DNA of 57,405 bases, counting the filler, from an uncultured bacterium (GTDB lineage Bacteria; Hinthialibacterota; Hinthialibacteria; Hinthialibacterales; Hinthialibacteraceae), in assembly GCA_964449065.1 (NCBI GenBank). It is 2 parts of 2 records of this genome, joined end to end, with 100 filler letters (N's around TTAATTAATTAA, not from the genome) between each part and the next. Parts side by side here need not be neighbours in the genome. Positions count along the whole stretch, not along the records: positions 1 to 28,696 come from CAYVAZ010000018.1; 1 more part is not named here. One strand, given 5' to 3'. The position numbers and the translations under genes are program-made. Positions 13,919 to 26,225 of this stretch are shown one piece after another (the stretch's first letter is position 1; every line of letters begins with the position of its first letter). The notes under the pieces are model-generated. The model was given only the letters and a program-made list of their open reading frames with translations. It was not told the origin of the DNA and made no database searches.

Positions 13919-16900
13919 AAGATACACAGAACAGACTGAAATATTGGCGCAGTTTGGATGAGTTCTCTGCCACCAATGAATTTACAGGATTCATTGAGAG
14001 CAACTTTCCAACCGAAGCGGAAATGCTGCAACCGGCAACCCGCCGCCGCTTTTTGCAAATTATGGGGGCATCCATGGCATTGGCCGGACTGACAGCCTGC
14101 CGTTGGCCAAAAGAAAAGATTTACCCCCACGCCAACCGCCCGGATGGGTTTGTTCCCGGTGTCCCGGTGAAATTCGCCACCAGCATGGAAATGAACGGAG
14201 TGGGCACGGGTCTATTGGCTACCAGTTATGACGGCAGACCCATCAAAGTCGACGGCAATCCTTCCGACCCAAACAGCAAAGGTTCATCCACATCCTTCAC
14301 ACAAGCCGGCGTTTTGGATTTGTATGATCCGGACCGCAGCAGCTCAGTCGCTTCTTATGAAAATAAGCATGAAATCCTCAAATCACTAGATGACTTTAAG
14401 GCTTATTCTTCCAACTTATTTGAGAATTTAGAACGTTTACGCGGCAAAGGCTTATACTTCTTAAGTGAATCTTCATCTTCATTAAGTGTTGCGGCCGCGA
14501 AAAAGCGCTTACTGGCGAAACTGCCAGAGGCCAAATGGTATGAATATGAACCGATTTGCGATCAAAACGTTGTGGATGGCTCCATATTGGCTTTTGGTTC
14601 CTCAGTGCGGACACAACTCCATTTGAATAAAGCCCATGTTATCGTATCTTTGGATGATGACATTTTGGGTATGCATCCCAATTCGTTGCGGTACAGCCGC
14701 GATTACGCGGACGCGAATCAACCGGAAGAAGGAAAATACAATCGGCTGTACGCAATAGAAAGCCATTTCTCTACTACCGGGGCGGCGGCAGACCATCGTT
14801 TGGCGTTGCGCGCGCAAGATGTGGAACGGTTTGCCTTGGCACTGGCGAAAGGTTTGTTGAATCATGAAGATATCAATGCCGGTTCTGCGTTTAACGGCAT
14901 TCAATCCGCATTGGATGATGTCCCTGAATTTCATGGGAATACCGCTTTCTTGAATGCGGTGGTGAATGATCTAGCAGTGCATCAAGGAACTTCTGTCGTA
15001 ACGGCAGGAGCAAGCCAAACTCCAATAACCCAAGCGGTTGTTCATGCAATCAACACGTTTCTGGGCAATCGTGGAAACACGGTTTCGTACTCGGAAGAAA
15101 CAAAAAACCATGCGGGGCACCTGGCATCGATTAAAGCGTTAGCCGGTGAATTAAAAACGGGGAAAGTCAATACATTAATTCTAATAGGAGGCAATCCGGT
15201 ATACGATGCGCCTACCGATTTAGACTTCTCTTCCCTTCTGTCCACCGCGACCAACAAAGTTCACCTCAGCCATGCCAAAAATGAAACCTCCAAAGCCTGC
15301 GATTGGCATGTGAACCGTTCTCATTTTCTTGAAAGTTGGGGCGACAGCCGCGGGTATGATGGCACGCATTATCTGGCACAGCCCTTGATAGAGCCTTTAT
15401 ATGGAGGCTTAAGCACACAAGAATTTTTGGCCGTATTGGCAAAGGATAAAATTTCACGCGGGTATGATATTGTTCGTGATATGGTCAAAGAACACTATGC
15501 CCCTGTTGACTTGGATGGGTTTCTACGTAGATGTTTTCATGACGGGGTCATCCAGAAAAGCCAATTTGAAACCACTCAGCCTTCTTTGAACGCATCAAAT
15601 ATTGCCCATGCGATTCAAGCAGATCAAGCAAATACAGCAGCTACAGCAGGAAAACATGCCGGTGCGGAACATATTGAAATTACATTTATACCGGATTCCA
15701 GCGTCTATGACGGCCGTTACAACAACAACGGTTGGCTGCAGGAAGTTCCGGATTTCATTACCAAGCTGACTTGGGATAACGCGGCGTTCATGAGTTTACA
15801 TACCGGAAACGAGTTGAATGTTCAACATGGGGAGATTGTTAAAATCACCCAGAACGGTCAAGAACTGGAAATCGCGGCCTATCTGTTGCCCGGAATGCCG
15901 GATTATTCAATTGCGTTGCCGCTTGGGTACGGCCGCAGCGAAGCCGGCAAAGTCGGAACCGGAACCGGTTTTAACACGTATTTACTTAGGACAAGCGGTT
16001 CACCCTTCACGGCTGCTGATGCCAATATCGAACCCACGGGCCGGAAATACACCCTCGCTAGCACACAAGATCATTTCACCATAGAAAACCTTGGGTTTAA
16101 CGAAAGGCAAACACGCCTTCACACGTTGATCCGGGAAGCGGATGTAAAACATTATGAAGAGCATCCGAATTTCGCGCAGCATGTGGGTCATGCGCCAAAA
16201 GACGTGCATTTGTGGAAGCAGTTTGAATACAATGACTACAAATGGGGCATGTCAATTGATTTAAATGCCTGCACCGGTTGCAACGCATGTGTGGTATCCT
16301 GCCAAGCCGAAAACAACATTCCGGTCGTTGGAAAAGATGAAGTGGAGCGCGGCCGTGAAATGCATTGGCTGCGTATCGACCGCTACTTCCAAGGCGAGCC
16401 GGAAGCGCCGAAAGTGGTTCATCAGCCACTTGCGTGCGTACATTGTGAAAACGCACCTTGCGAGCAGGTATGCCCGGTTGCTGCGACATTGCATGATGAT
16501 GAAGGCCTGAATGTTATGGTCTATAACCGTTGTATTGGAACCCGCTACTGTTCCAACAACTGTCCGTTTAAAGTCCGGCGATTCAATTTCTTTTGGAACC
16601 ATGAAAACAAGACCGAAGTGGAAAAAATGGTTTACAATCCGGATGTTACGGTGCGTACCCGCGGTGTGATGGAAAAATGCACGTATTGCGTCCAGCGGAT
16701 TCAAAACGCGAAAATCACCGCGAATAATGAAAACCGGCGGGTTCGTGACGGGGATATTACCACCGCTTGCCAAGATGCCTGCCCGACAAATGCGATTCAG
16801 TTTGGTGATTTGAATGATCCAAACAGCGCGGTGAAGAAATTTCATGAAAATTCCCGCAGTTATACCCTGCTGGATGAATTGATGGTAAAACCAAGAACGG

Positions 16901-16974
16901 TATATTTAGCAAAAGTAAACAATCCCAATTCAAGTTTGGCGAACGAGCATGACAGCAGCGAACATTCACACTAA
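13906..16974 (+). CDS. actB: Alternative complex III subunit B (molybdopterin-oxidoreductase-like plus Fe-S domain), Tat lipoprotein
   Basis: YWRSLDE; TRRRFLQ Tat motif followed by LTAC lipobox; C-terminal [27 protein letters not shown] cluster motifs; overlaps the actA end. Confidence 0.93.
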   Translation: MPPVKDTQNRLKYWRSLDEFSATNEFTGFIESNFPTEAEMLQPATRRRFLQIMGASMALAGLTACRWPKEKIYPHANRPDGFVPGVPVKFATSMEMNGVGTGLLATSYDGRPIKVDGNPSDPNSKGSSTSFTQAGVLDLYDPDRSSSVASYENKHEILKSLDDFKAYSSNLFENLERLRGKGLYFLSESSSSLSVAAAKKRLLAKLPEAKWYEYEPICDQNVVDGSILAFGSSVRTQLHLNKAHVIVSLDDDILGMHPNSLRYSRDYADANQPEEGKYNRLYAIESHFSTTGAAADHRLALRAQDVERFALALAKGLLNHEDINAGSAFNGIQSALDDVPEFHGNTAFLNAVVNDLAVHQGTSVVTAGASQTPITQAVVHAINTFLGNRGNTVSYSEETKNHAGHLASIKALAGELKTGKVNTLILIGGNPVYDAPTDLDFSSLLSTATNKVHLSHAKNETSKACDWHVNRSHFLESWGDSRGYDGTHYLAQPLIEPLYGGLSTQEFLAVLAKDKISRGYDIVRDMVKEHYAPVDLDGFLRRCFHDGVIQKSQFETTQPSLNASNIAHAIQADQANTAATAGKHAGAEHIEITFIPDSSVYDGRYNNNGWLQEVPDFITKLTWDNAAFMSLHTGNELNVQHGEIVKITQNGQELEIAAYLLPGMPDYSIALPLGYGRSEAGKVGTGTGFNTYLLRTSGSPFTAADANIEPTGRKYTLASTQDHFTIENLGFNERQTRLHTLIREADVKHYEEHPNFAQHVGHAPKDVHLWKQFEYNDYKWGMSIDLNACTGCNACVVSCQAENNIPVVGKDEVERGREMHWLRIDRYFQGEPEAPKVVHQPLACVHCENAPCEQVCPVAATLHDDEGLNVMVYNRCIGTRYCSNNCPFKVRRFNFFWNHENKTEVEKMVYNPDVTVRTRGVMEKCTYCVQRIQNAKITANNENRRVRDGDITTACQDACPTNAIQFGDLNDPNSAVKKFHENSRSYTLLDELMVKPRTVYLAKVNNPNSSLANEHDSSEHSH

Positions 16975-18436
16975 TCCACATCCCTTGGATAACTCACAGG
17001 ACGATCCAAGAGAGCGCAGACCGCTGGTTTTGGGTGAGAACGATTATTCGACCGTCACTCAAAAAGTCAGCGAAATCGCCGAAAAGCAGAAGTCCCCAAA
17101 ACTCTGGTGGCTTGGGTTAATTATTGCCCTGTTTTGGGTCGGTGTTCTTAAGGCAATGATCCTCTACTTGCTATTTGTTGGTACAGGGGTTTGGGGTATT
17201 AACATACCTGTCGGCTGGGGATGGGCGATTGTTAACTTCGTGTTTTGGGTCGGTATTGCACACGCGGGGACACTGATTTCCGCCATCTTATATCTGTTTC
17301 GGCAAAACTGGCGAACCAGTATTAATCGTTTCGCCGAAGCCATGACGGTGATTGCTGTCGTATGCGCCGGTATCTTTCCCGGCATTCACGTGGGCCGCGC
17401 CTGGGTCGCGTATTGGATGTTCCCTTACCCCAATCAAATGAGCATGTGGCCAAACTTTCGAAGCCCGCTTTTGTGGGACGTATTCGCGGTTGGAACATAC
17501 GCGACCGTTTCTGTACTGTTTTGGTATCTCGGCATGATTCCGGATTTAGCGACGTTGCGCGACCGTTCCAAGAACCCGATTCGCAAAACAATCTACGGTA
17601 TTTTTTCACTGGGATGGAGAAACTCACACCGGCACTGGCATACATACGAACGAGCCTATCTGATACTAGCCGCTTTGGCGACGCCGCTGGTTCTTTCCGT
17701 GCACTCTGTGGTGAGTTTTGACTTTGCCGTTTCACAAATTCCCGGATGGCACACGACGATTTTCCCGCCTTATTTTGTGGCCGGCGCGATCTTCAGTGGT
17801 TTCGGTATGGTTATCACCCTTATGGTTCCTGCCCGGTACTTTTTTGGACTGGAAGAAATCGTGACGTTGCACCATTTGGATAACATTAACAAAATACTTT
17901 TAACTACGGGTATGATGGTGGGGTACGGCTATTCGATGGAGTTCTTTATAGCCTGGTACAGCGGCAACCCGTATGAAAGTTTTATCTTTCTAAACCGGGC
18001 CGTTGGTCCGTATGCCTGGGCCTATTGGACGATGATTATATGCAACGTGATTATTCCACAATTGTTCTGGTTTAAATCGGTCCGAACATCGATACCGGCT
18101 ATGTTTATCATTTCCATTTTTGTGAACATCGGGATGTGGTTTGAGCGGTTTGTTATTGTTATTTCTTCGCTGCACCGCGATTTCATTCCGTCCAGTTGGG
18201 ATTACTACACGCCAACGTATGTTGACGTGTTGACCTTCGTCGGCAGTTTTGGCTTATTCTTTACATTGTTCTTCTTATTCTTACGCTTTGTCCCCATCAT
18301 TGCGATGTCGGAAGTAAAAGGCATCATGAAGCAGTCTCATTCCCATGTGGACCTTGAAGGTTCACATGTGTACGGGTATTCCGGCGCGATGATGGATGAA
18401 GAAAACGAAAACAAGAAGACCGATCAATCATCGTAA
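16949..18436 (+). CDS. actC: Alternative complex III subunit C (NrfD/PsrC family, quinol-binding)
   Basis: [46 protein letters not shown]; about 10 TM helices. Confidence 0.93.
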   Translation: MTAANIHTNPHPLDNSQDDPRERRPLVLGENDYSTVTQKVSEIAEKQKSPKLWWLGLIIALFWVGVLKAMILYLLFVGTGVWGINIPVGWGWAIVNFVFWVGIAHAGTLISAILYLFRQNWRTSINRFAEAMTVIAVVCAGIFPGIHVGRAWVAYWMFPYPNQMSMWPNFRSPLLWDVFAVGTYATVSVLFWYLGMIPDLATLRDRSKNPIRKTIYGIFSLGWRNSHRHWHTYERAYLILAALATPLVLSVHSVVSFDFAVSQIPGWHTTIFPPYFVAGAIFSGFGMVITLMVPARYFFGLEEIVTLHHLDNINKILLTTGMMVGYGYSMEFFIAWYSGNPYESFIFLNRAVGPYAWAYWTMIICNVIIPQLFWFKSVRTSIPAMFIISIFVNIGMWFERFVIVISSLHRDFIPSSWDYYTPTYVDVLTFVGSFGLFFTLFFLFLRFVPIIAMSEVKGIMKQSHSHVDLEGSHVYGYSGAMMDEENENKKTDQSS

Positions 18437-18451
18437 GATCAATAACCACTA

Positions 18452-19033
18452 TTGGGTATGGATATGCATACGGCAGAAGCACAAAACACAAACACAGTTC
18501 AAGAAAGCCAACTTTACGGCTATTTAGCGGAATTCAGCAATGTGGACGCGATTTTAACCGCCGCCGTAAAAGTTCGTGAAGCCGGATTTAAAAACTGGGA
18601 TGTTCATACTCCCTTCCCTGTTCATGGGATGGATAAAGCGATGGGAATTCGTCCGACCATTTTGCCTTGGATATCTATGGTTTGCGGTATGACGGGCACT
18701 TCTGTTGGACTGCTTATGCAATGGTGGATGAACGCTGTGGATTATCCCTACATGATTAGTGGAAAACCCTACTTCAGTTTGCCGGCTTTTATTCCCGTTA
18801 TTTTTGAGTTGACGATTTTATTTGGCGCGTTATCTACCGTAGCCGGAGTAATCGGCTTGTGCGGCCTGCCTAAACTATATCATCCCCTCATCACCAGTGA
18901 GCGCTTTTTAAAGGTAACGGATGATAAGTTTTTTATCTCGATCGAAGCCAACGATCCGAAATTCGATAAACATTCAACAAAAGATTTTCTTACGTCTCTT
19001 GGCAGCGACGCTGTCGAAGAGGTACAGGATTAG
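18452..19033 (+). CDS. actD: Alternative complex III subunit D (DUF3341-like)
   Basis: HTPFPVHGMDKAMG, two TM helices, GKPYFSLPAFIPVIFELTIL; operon position. Confidence 0.9.
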   Translation: MGMDMHTAEAQNTNTVQESQLYGYLAEFSNVDAILTAAVKVREAGFKNWDVHTPFPVHGMDKAMGIRPTILPWISMVCGMTGTSVGLLMQWWMNAVDYPYMISGKPYFSLPAFIPVIFELTILFGALSTVAGVIGLCGLPKLYHPLITSERFLKVTDDKFFISIEANDPKFDKHSTKDFLTSLGSDAVEEVQD

Positions 19034-19037
19034 TTTT

Positions 19038-19694
19038 ATGAGACCGATTCATGCCATAATGCTTGCAGGGATTCTTATCATACTGCTTTCACTGCCGATT
19101 GTGTTTATCGCGCGGGCGCGGGTGATGAAATCCGATGCCATGCGCATTCATATCATTCAAGATATGGACAATCAATTGTACTACGAAGCACAGCAAGGCA
19201 ATCTGGCGTTCGCCGATGACCGCTCCATGCGGCAGCCGGTGGCGGGCACGGTCGCACGGGGTATGCTGCATGACGACTCCCATTTGGTAACCGGAAAAGT
19301 TGGCGGGGAATTCGTGAACAAGTTCCCATTTGAAATCACGGAAGCCGATATCAAGCGGGGCCAAGAACGGTATCAGATATATTGCGCTCCATGCCATGGC
19401 CTCACAGGAGACGGCGCTGGAATGATCTCCCAACGGGCCGAGCAATTGGCCGAAGGAACATGGACGCCGCCGCTTTCTTACCATGAAGAAACCGTGTTAA
19501 AACGCCCGGCCGGCCATCTATACAACACCATCGCCAACGGTATTCGCAATATGGCACCGTATGGAGATCAAATTTCCATTCAAGACCGTTGGAGAATTGT
19601 GGCGTATATCCGTGCTTTACAACGCAGTCAACGCGCGACTTTAAATGATGTTCCAACGGAACAACGGGAAGCGCTTCAGACCGAATTACAATAG
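19038..19694 (+). CDS. actE: Alternative complex III monoheme cytochrome c subunit E
   Basis: DMDNQ...MRQPVAGTVARG, CAPCH, DRWRIVAYIRALQ; start moved to ATG 19038. Confidence 0.88.
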   Translation: MRPIHAIMLAGILIILLSLPIVFIARARVMKSDAMRIHIIQDMDNQLYYEAQQGNLAFADDRSMRQPVAGTVARGMLHDDSHLVTGKVGGEFVNKFPFEITEADIKRGQERYQIYCAPCHGLTGDGAGMISQRAEQLAEGTWTPPLSYHEETVLKRPAGHLYNTIANGIRNMAPYGDQISIQDRWRIVAYIRALQRSQRATLNDVPTEQREALQTELQ

Positions 19695-19712
19695 AGATAT
19701 TGGAGAATAGAA

Positions 19713-20936
19713 TTGTCAGCCACTCACGACACCATAGACATCGCCAAACTGGGGGCGGATTCGAAGCCCGGCGGCCTGCTTAGTGGAATCACCATAAAAA
19801 CCGCAGGTATTGCCGGTTTTGCAATCATTGCTCTTAGTTTCTTCCTAAGTTTATTTATGGGAGGGCTTCAGCAATTTCTTCTATCCTATTTGGTCAACTA
19901 TCTCTTCTTCATGACGATAACGCTGGGGGCATTGTTCTTTGTTGTGCTGCAGCACCTTACCCGCTCCGGCTGGAGTGTCGTGATCCGCCGTATCGCGGAA
20001 AATTACGCCTCGACAATTTACCTGATGGTTCTTCTCTTTTTGCCCATTCTTTTGGGGATGGGAAATATATTCAAGTGGGCTTCACCGGAAATCGTTGCGA
20101 ACGATCCGCTTATTTTACACAAAATTCCTTACTTAAACGTCCCGTTCTTCATTATCCGCTGTGTGATTTATTTTGCGTTGTGGATCTATTGCGCGCGTTA
20201 TTTTGTTTCCCGTTCCATCAAGCAGGATGAATCCGGTGATCATGAATTGACCGCGCAAATGCAAGGGCGTGCGGCACCGTTTATGCTGGGGCTGTTTTTA
20301 ACCACATCCTTTTTCTCATTCGATTTGATCATGTCATTGGACCCCCATTGGTTCAGCACTATTTTTGGTGTGTATTACATTGCCAATTGCGCGATATCCA
20401 TTTTCGCATCCTTGATTTTAACTGCGTGCTTTTTGCAAAGCATGGGTAAATTGAATGAAAGCGTGACCAAAGAGCATTACCATGATTTGGGAAAACTCTT
20501 GTTCGGCTTTAATGTGTTTTGGGCCTACATCGCGTTTTCTCAATATATGCTGCAATGGTATGCCAATATGCCCGAGGAAACCTTGTGGTATTATCATCGG
20601 CAAGAAGGCCAGTGGCTTTATGTTTCGCTGATACTTATCTTCGGTCACTTTATTTTTCCGTTTTTCGGACTGATTTCCCGCGCGATCAAGCGCCGCAAAC
20701 TGTTGGTAAGTTTTTGGTCCGCATGGCTGATGATTATGGTCTGGATTGACCTGTATTGGCTGGTGATGCCGAACTACAGCCATGGCGTGATTCCCTTCAG
20801 TATTTACGATATCAGTTGTTTAGTCGGCATTGGATTGTTGTTCAAGGCGATGGCCGCTTATAGTTCAAGCCGGCAGTCCCTACTGGCGATTCGCGACCCC
20901 CGGTTGAAAGAATCGTTAACACTCGAAAACTTTTAG
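19713..20936 (+). CDS. actF: Alternative complex III subunit F
   Basis: Polytopic; DLIMSLDPHWFSTIFG, HDLGKLLFGF, QWYANMPEE. Confidence 0.9.
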   Translation: MSATHDTIDIAKLGADSKPGGLLSGITIKTAGIAGFAIIALSFFLSLFMGGLQQFLLSYLVNYLFFMTITLGALFFVVLQHLTRSGWSVVIRRIAENYASTIYLMVLLFLPILLGMGNIFKWASPEIVANDPLILHKIPYLNVPFFIIRCVIYFALWIYCARYFVSRSIKQDESGDHELTAQMQGRAAPFMLGLFLTTSFFSFDLIMSLDPHWFSTIFGVYYIANCAISIFASLILTACFLQSMGKLNESVTKEHYHDLGKLLFGFNVFWAYIAFSQYMLQWYANMPEETLWYYHRQEGQWLYVSLILIFGHFIFPFFGLISRAIKRRKLLVSFWSAWLMIMVWIDLYWLVMPNYSHGVIPFSIYDISCLVGIGLLFKAMAAYSSSRQSLLAIRDPRLKESLTLENF

Positions 20937-20944
20937 GTGCAATT

Positions 20945-21301
20945 ATGGCAGGCGGACACAAATTGGATATTAACATGACTTTGGTGTACTTAATCGGCCT
21001 CTTTGGCAGTTTGCTGATTTACATGACAGTAATCTTAACCCAAACGTATTACTATCATGTGGAACAGGCGGCATTAAATGAAAGAGTCTTGACCAAGAAG
21101 AACTTCGAGTTACAACAATACAAAACCGAACAACAACAAACCTTGCACAGTTATGGTTGGGTGAATAAAGAAGAAAAACTCATCCGCATCCCCATTGAAG
21201 AAGCGGTTGCCGTAACCGCGCAAGAAATGCAAAAAGGGACGTATCCAAATTATGAAGAACTATTGGCCGACTCAACAACCAGTGCGACAAGGGAAGAATA
21301 A
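20945..21301 (+). CDS. actG: Small single-TM subunit, ActG-like
   Basis: One TM helix and YGWVN...IRIPIEEA motif; position after actF. Confidence 0.65.
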   Translation: MAGGHKLDINMTLVYLIGLFGSLLIYMTVILTQTYYYHVEQAALNERVLTKKNFELQQYKTEQQQTLHSYGWVNKEEKLIRIPIEEAVAVTAQEMQKGTYPNYEELLADSTTSATREE

Positions 21302-22160
21302 CCGTACGCCTATCCTAAGACAAACACATGCATTGTTCATTTGTTTTAGTTTGTGTTTATTCGGTGCCGTATCCGCAACGGCACAGCGCATTGAACCCGC
21401 ACCCAAGGATATTCAAGACGTAACCGTTGTAGAAAAACTGGAAAATCAGATTCCCCTAACGGCAACATTTAAAAACGAAAACGGCGAAACAGTTCAATTC
21501 GCCAACTATCTCAACCAGGATAAACCGGTCATTTTAGCATTCAACTTTTTTCAATGCCCCTTGCTTTGCCACTTGATTCTGGACGGTTTGGTGGAGTCTA
21601 TGCAAAACTTGAATTTAGAACCGGGAAGTGATTTTGAATTGGTCAGTTTAAGCTTCAATCCGTTGGATACGCCGACATTGGCCAAAACATGGAAGCAAAA
21701 GTATGTGAAGCAATATGGAAAACCGTCTACCGCTTCCGGATGGCACTTCTTAACCGGCATAAAAAGCGATATCCAACAAGTGACCGACGCGGCGGGATAT
21801 TACTATCAGTGGGTGGAAGAACGGCAGGAATACGCGCACATAGCCGCCATCGTTTTATTAACACCCGATGGAAAAGTTTCCCGGTACATGTATGGAATCG
21901 ATTTTGATCCCAAAACACTCAGACTTTCTTTAGTGGAAGCGTCACAAGGCGAAATCGGTAGCACGCTTGATCGCATTATTCTGACTTGCTATTACTATGA
22001 TGAAACAGCGGGACGGTATGCCCCTCTTGCATTTAATATCATGCGAATCGGCGGGGGGTTGACCATACTCTTATTGGGTTCGGTTTTACTTACGTTTTGG
22101 ATCCGGGAAAGTAAGAAGTCAAACCCCAAAGCAGAGGGAGCGCAAACCTTAAACTCATGA
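21252..22160 (+). CDS. Sco1/SenC family copper chaperone
   Basis: CPLLC (CxxxC), WHFLTG, conserved His (YAH), C-terminal TM; true start probably downstream of the ORF start. Confidence 0.88.
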   Translation: MKNYWPTQQPVRQGKNNRTPILRQTHALFICFSLCLFGAVSATAQRIEPAPKDIQDVTVVEKLENQIPLTATFKNENGETVQFANYLNQDKPVILAFNFFQCPLLCHLILDGLVESMQNLNLEPGSDFELVSLSFNPLDTPTLAKTWKQKYVKQYGKPSTASGWHFLTGIKSDIQQVTDAAGYYYQWVEERQEYAHIAAIVLLTPDGKVSRYMYGIDFDPKTLRLSLVEASQGEIGSTLDRIILTCYYYDETAGRYAPLAFNIMRIGGGLTILLLGSVLLTFWIRESKKSNPKAEGAQTLNS

Positions 22161-23176
22161 ACAACCTAATGGAACAATCTCTTCAACTCTTCGGCCAATC
22201 GGATTCCTTTTGGCTTCCGCAAAGCGCCTCGACAACGGCGCACGGTGTTGACGTGACGTTTTACTTCGTTTTATACGTTTGCATCTTTTTCTTTGTACTC
22301 AACGTTGCCCTTCTCATTTATTTTGCCTTTAAATACCGGCGCAAAGACGGCGAAGACCCAGAACCCTCATCCAGTCACAACACACCGCTTGAAGTTACAT
22401 GGACGGTGATTCCGATCATCATCGTATTGGTGATGTTTTGGGTCGGGTTCAAAGGCTATATGGAACTGCGTGTTCCGCCCGATGACGCGTATGAAATTCA
22501 AGTGACCGGCCAAAAGTGGAACTGGTTTTTTACGTACACACAGCCTTTTAACTATGTCGCTACCAATGATTTACACATTCCGGTTGACCGGCCTGTAAAA
22601 CTGGTCATGACATCCGAAGATGTGATTCACAGCATGTTCATCCCCAACTTCCGTGTAAAACAAGACGTGGTTCCGGGGCGGTATTCCACGCTTTGGTTTC
22701 ATGCTACCGAATTGGGGGAATATGACTTATTCTGCGCGGAATATTGCGGGACCGATCATTCTAATATGATTGGCACAGTTTACGTTCATGAGGCTGCCGA
22801 ATTTGAAAAATGGTTGGAGGATGCCGCCAACTATATCGCCCGCATTCCCGATAATGATTTCATCGCGTTGGCGGAAGCGGGAAAAGATATGTACAAACGC
22901 AAAGGGTGCATGCAGTGCCACACGATTGACGGCGGTGTTGATGACGGACCGACGTTCTACAACATATTCGGTAAGCAAGAACAAATGACGGACGGTTCGA
23001 CAATTACAGTAGACGAAAATTATATCCGCGAATCCATTCTGGAACCGCAGGCAAAGATCGTTCAAGGATTCGAACCGGTTATGCCGACGTACCAAGGCAA
23101 ACTGAAAGATAAAGAAATTACAGCAATTATTGAATTTATCAAAACGCTTAAACCCAAAGACGGTGAGGGATCTTAA
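22157..23176 (+). CDS. coxB: Cytochrome c oxidase subunit II with fused cytochrome c (caa3 type)
   Basis: Two TM helices, DVIHS and [12 protein letters not shown]uA ligands, C-terminal CMQCH...MP heme c domain. Confidence 0.95.
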   Translation: MNNLMEQSLQLFGQSDSFWLPQSASTTAHGVDVTFYFVLYVCIFFFVLNVALLIYFAFKYRRKDGEDPEPSSSHNTPLEVTWTVIPIIIVLVMFWVGFKGYMELRVPPDDAYEIQVTGQKWNWFFTYTQPFNYVATNDLHIPVDRPVKLVMTSEDVIHSMFIPNFRVKQDVVPGRYSTLWFHATELGEYDLFCAEYCGTDHSNMIGTVYVHEAAEFEKWLEDAANYIARIPDNDFIALAEAGKDMYKRKGCMQCHTIDGGVDDGPTFYNIFGKQEQMTDGSTITVDENYIRESILEPQAKIVQGFEPVMPTYQGKLKDKEITAIIEFIKTLKPKDGEGS

Positions 23177-23177
23177 T

Positions 23178-24866
23178 ATGGTAACCACTACATTCCCGGA
23201 AGATACAACATCGAATCCACATACAACCGAGGCTCCACAACAAGAGACCTACTTAAACGCAGACCCCGGTATATGGTCATGGTTTACCACCGTTGACCAT
23301 AAACGCATCGGCCTGATGTATCTCATCTCGACCCTCTTCTTCTTTTTTATCGGCGGGATGTCGGCGATTTTGGTTCGCACGGAGTTGATTGCTCCCGGCC
23401 CGACCATTATGTCCGCAGATATGTACAACCAAATCTTTACGCTGCACGGCGCGATCATGATTTTCCTCTTTATTATTCCAGGAATACCGGCGGCGTTAGG
23501 TAACTTCATCCTTCCCATTCAGATTGGAGCCATTGACGTCGCGTTCCCCCGCTTGAATTTGACCAGCTACTATTTGTATGTCATCGGCGCCATCTTCGCG
23601 ATTTTGGCGATTTTGATGGGTGGATTTGATACCGGCTGGACATTTTACACACCCTACAGTACCACCACGGGAACCGGCGGGGTGATTCCGGTTGTCACCG
23701 GTGTGTTTATATTGGGTTTCAGTTCCATCTTCACCGGTTTGAACTTTATCGTAACGATCCATAAAATGCGCCAGCCCGGTATGGGATGGTTTGACATGCC
23801 GTTATTTTTGTGGGCGATTTACGCGACCGCGATCATTCAGGTTTTGGCTACTCCAGTACTTGGTATTACATTGGTCTTACTGGCGGTAGAGCGCGTTTTC
23901 GGTATTGGAATTTTTGACCCCGCGTTGGGCGGCGACCCGGTGCTCTTCCAGCATTTTTTCTGGTTTTATTCACACCCTGCTGTGTATATCATGATTTTGC
24001 CCGCGATGGGACTGATCAGTGAAATGATCTGCCCGTTCGCGCGTAAACATATTTTTGGGTATACCTTTATCGCCTACAGCAGCATCGCGATTGCGTTGTT
24101 TGGCTTCATCGTTTGGGGACACCACATGTTCACCAGCGGCCAGTCACAACTGATGAACGCAATCTTCAGTTTGCTGACCTTTAGTGTTTCCATTCCATCC
24201 GCGATTAAAGTCTTTAACTGGCTGGCAACTCTGTATAAGGCTTCCATCAGTTTTGAAACCCCGATGCTGTATACGCTTGGATTTATCGTTACGTTTACGA
24301 TTGGCGGATTGACCGGATTGCCTCTCGCAACCTTGGCGACCGATATCCATTTGCATGATACGTATTTTGTTGTCGCTCACTTCCACTATGTCATGTTTGG
24401 CGGAACGGTCATCGCGTTCTTAGGTGCACTGCATTATTGGTGGCCAAAAATATCCGGCAATATGTACAACGAGCGGGCGGCACAAATCGCGTTTTGGTTG
24501 GTGTTTATCGGATTCAATGTTACCTTCTTCACGCAATTTATGCTGGGAAGCCAGGGAATGCCGAGACGTTACTATAACTACATTGACGCCTATCATACCT
24601 ATCACTTCATTTCGACTATCGGATCGTATGTGATGGCGGCCGGGTTCTTCTTACACGCTTATGTACTGCTGCAATCCTGGTTTGCCGGAAAACCCGCACC
24701 GTGGAACCCTTGGGGAGCCAATACCCTGGAATGGAGAACGCCTTCCCCGCCCCCCAAACATAACTTTGTTGGAACCATTCCGCAACAAGGCGATCCGTAC
24801 GATTTCTCCAACTGGAAGTATGACAAAACAATTGGTGGTTGGGTAGAAAAAGAAGCCAAAGCATAA
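23178..24866 (+). CDS. coxA: Cytochrome c oxidase subunit I, type A2
   Basis: [22 protein letters not shown] (YS motif, no helix-VI Glu), WGHH, AHFHY, GMPRRY; start moved to ATG 23178. Confidence 0.96.
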   Translation: MVTTTFPEDTTSNPHTTEAPQQETYLNADPGIWSWFTTVDHKRIGLMYLISTLFFFFIGGMSAILVRTELIAPGPTIMSADMYNQIFTLHGAIMIFLFIIPGIPAALGNFILPIQIGAIDVAFPRLNLTSYYLYVIGAIFAILAILMGGFDTGWTFYTPYSTTTGTGGVIPVVTGVFILGFSSIFTGLNFIVTIHKMRQPGMGWFDMPLFLWAIYATAIIQVLATPVLGITLVLLAVERVFGIGIFDPALGGDPVLFQHFFWFYSHPAVYIMILPAMGLISEMICPFARKHIFGYTFIAYSSIAIALFGFIVWGHHMFTSGQSQLMNAIFSLLTFSVSIPSAIKVFNWLATLYKASISFETPMLYTLGFIVTFTIGGLTGLPLATLATDIHLHDTYFVVAHFHYVMFGGTVIAFLGALHYWWPKISGNMYNERAAQIAFWLVFIGFNVTFFTQFMLGSQGMPRRYYNYIDAYHTYHFISTIGSYVMAAGFFLHAYVLLQSWFAGKPAPWNPWGANTLEWRTPSPPPKHNFVGTIPQQGDPYDFSNWKYDKTIGGWVEKEAKA

Positions 24867-24916
24867 TTAACTATTGATACGAATCAACATTATTTTTGGA
24901 AGAGTGGGAATGAACA

Positions 24917-25831
24917 ATGAGTGAAGCGGTAGCCAATCACGGACATGCTGACAGTCATGAACACCATGACCCGAACTTGCAGCACCATTTCGATTCCATG
25001 GAACAGCAGTTTGACGCTTCCAAAATCGGGATGTGGATATTTTTAGCCACAGAAATCCTGCTTTTCGGCGGATTGTTTTGCGCGTATGCCATTTACCGTT
25101 CGCTGCATCCGGAAATTTTTATGTATGCTTCGCAATATTTGGATGTTCAATTGGGCGCGCTCAATACCGGAGTTCTTATTTTCAGTAGTTTTACGGCTGC
25201 ATGGGCGGTTCGTTTGGCTCAGTTGGGTAAGCAAACCGGACTGATTATATGTTTGATACTCACCATATTGTGCGGCGGTATATTTATGGTCGTTAAGTAT
25301 GTTGAATACAAGCACAAGTGGGAACACGGCCTGCTTTGGGGAACGCATTACGTCAATCAACTTGAGCATGGCCATGGTGCTGAAGGCTCCGCACCCGGAA
25401 GTGAAGACTCTCATGAAGGGGAAGCAGCCCATGCTGCCGAAAGCGATTCGCACGCGGAAGACGCTCGTTCGCAAATGCGTGCAACCACCGTATCTGTAGA
25501 AGAGGACAAAGATAAATCCAACATTCCGCTCGCGTCTTCCCCTCCAACCGGATTGGCAGTACACTCGCCGGATGATCAAGAAGCCGAACCGCTATTTAAG
25601 CATGAACCAAGCAATGTTCACAAATTCTTTGGCGTATATTTTTGCATGACCGGTTTACACGGAATCCACGTTTTAATCGGTATGGGTGCGTTAACCTGGG
25701 TTTTGTCATTGGCCTTGCGCGGAAAAATCTCCGCTGGATATTATACCCCAGTCGATTTAACCGCGTTGTATTGGCACATTGTTGACTTAATTTGGATTTA
25801 TCTGTTCCCGCTTCTCTATTTGATTGATTGA
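24917..25831 (+). CDS. coxC: Cytochrome c oxidase subunit III-like protein with His/acidic insertion
   Basis: GMWIFLATEILLFGGLF, MTGLHGIHV, LYWHIVDLIWIYLFPLLY. Confidence 0.9.
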   Translation: MSEAVANHGHADSHEHHDPNLQHHFDSMEQQFDASKIGMWIFLATEILLFGGLFCAYAIYRSLHPEIFMYASQYLDVQLGALNTGVLIFSSFTAAWAVRLAQLGKQTGLIICLILTILCGGIFMVVKYVEYKHKWEHGLLWGTHYVNQLEHGHGAEGSAPGSEDSHEGEAAHAAESDSHAEDARSQMRATTVSVEEDKDKSNIPLASSPPTGLAVHSPDDQEAEPLFKHEPSNVHKFFGVYFCMTGLHGIHVLIGMGALTWVLSLALRGKISAGYYTPVDLTALYWHIVDLIWIYLFPLLYLID

Positions 25832-25865
25832 TAAATTGATTGATTGATAAACGAAGGAGAAATTC

Positions 25866-26225
25866 ATGTCTGAAGCAGCACAATCCCATACAGAATCACA
25901 TGGAACCGGCGGGCACGCGGTTCCACTGTCTTTATTGGCAGGCGTCTTTTTGGCTCTATTGTTTCTCACCTGGATTACCGTCGCGATCGCCCAAGTAGAT
26001 TTGGGTGAGTTTAATTTATTGGTCGCACTCGCGGTTGCTACCGTAAAGGCGTCTTTGGTTCTTCTGTACTTCATGCATCTGCGGTGGGACAACCCATTGA
26101 ACGCGTTTATCTTCATCTTTTCACTGGTTTGCGTGGCTTTGTTTATCTTCTTTGCAATGATTGATACGCACGCGTACGATCCCGATTTGATCCCTGGCCA
26201 TGCACCGTTGATCAATCAACAATGA
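25866..26225 (+). CDS. caa3-type oxidase subunit IV family protein
   Basis: Three TM helices, KASLVLLYFMHL; GAAGGAG RBS. Confidence 0.85.
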   Translation: MSEAAQSHTESHGTGGHAVPLSLLAGVFLALLFLTWITVAIAQVDLGEFNLLVALAVATVKASLVLLYFMHLRWDNPLNAFIFIFSLVCVALFIFFAMIDTHAYDPDLIPGHAPLINQQ

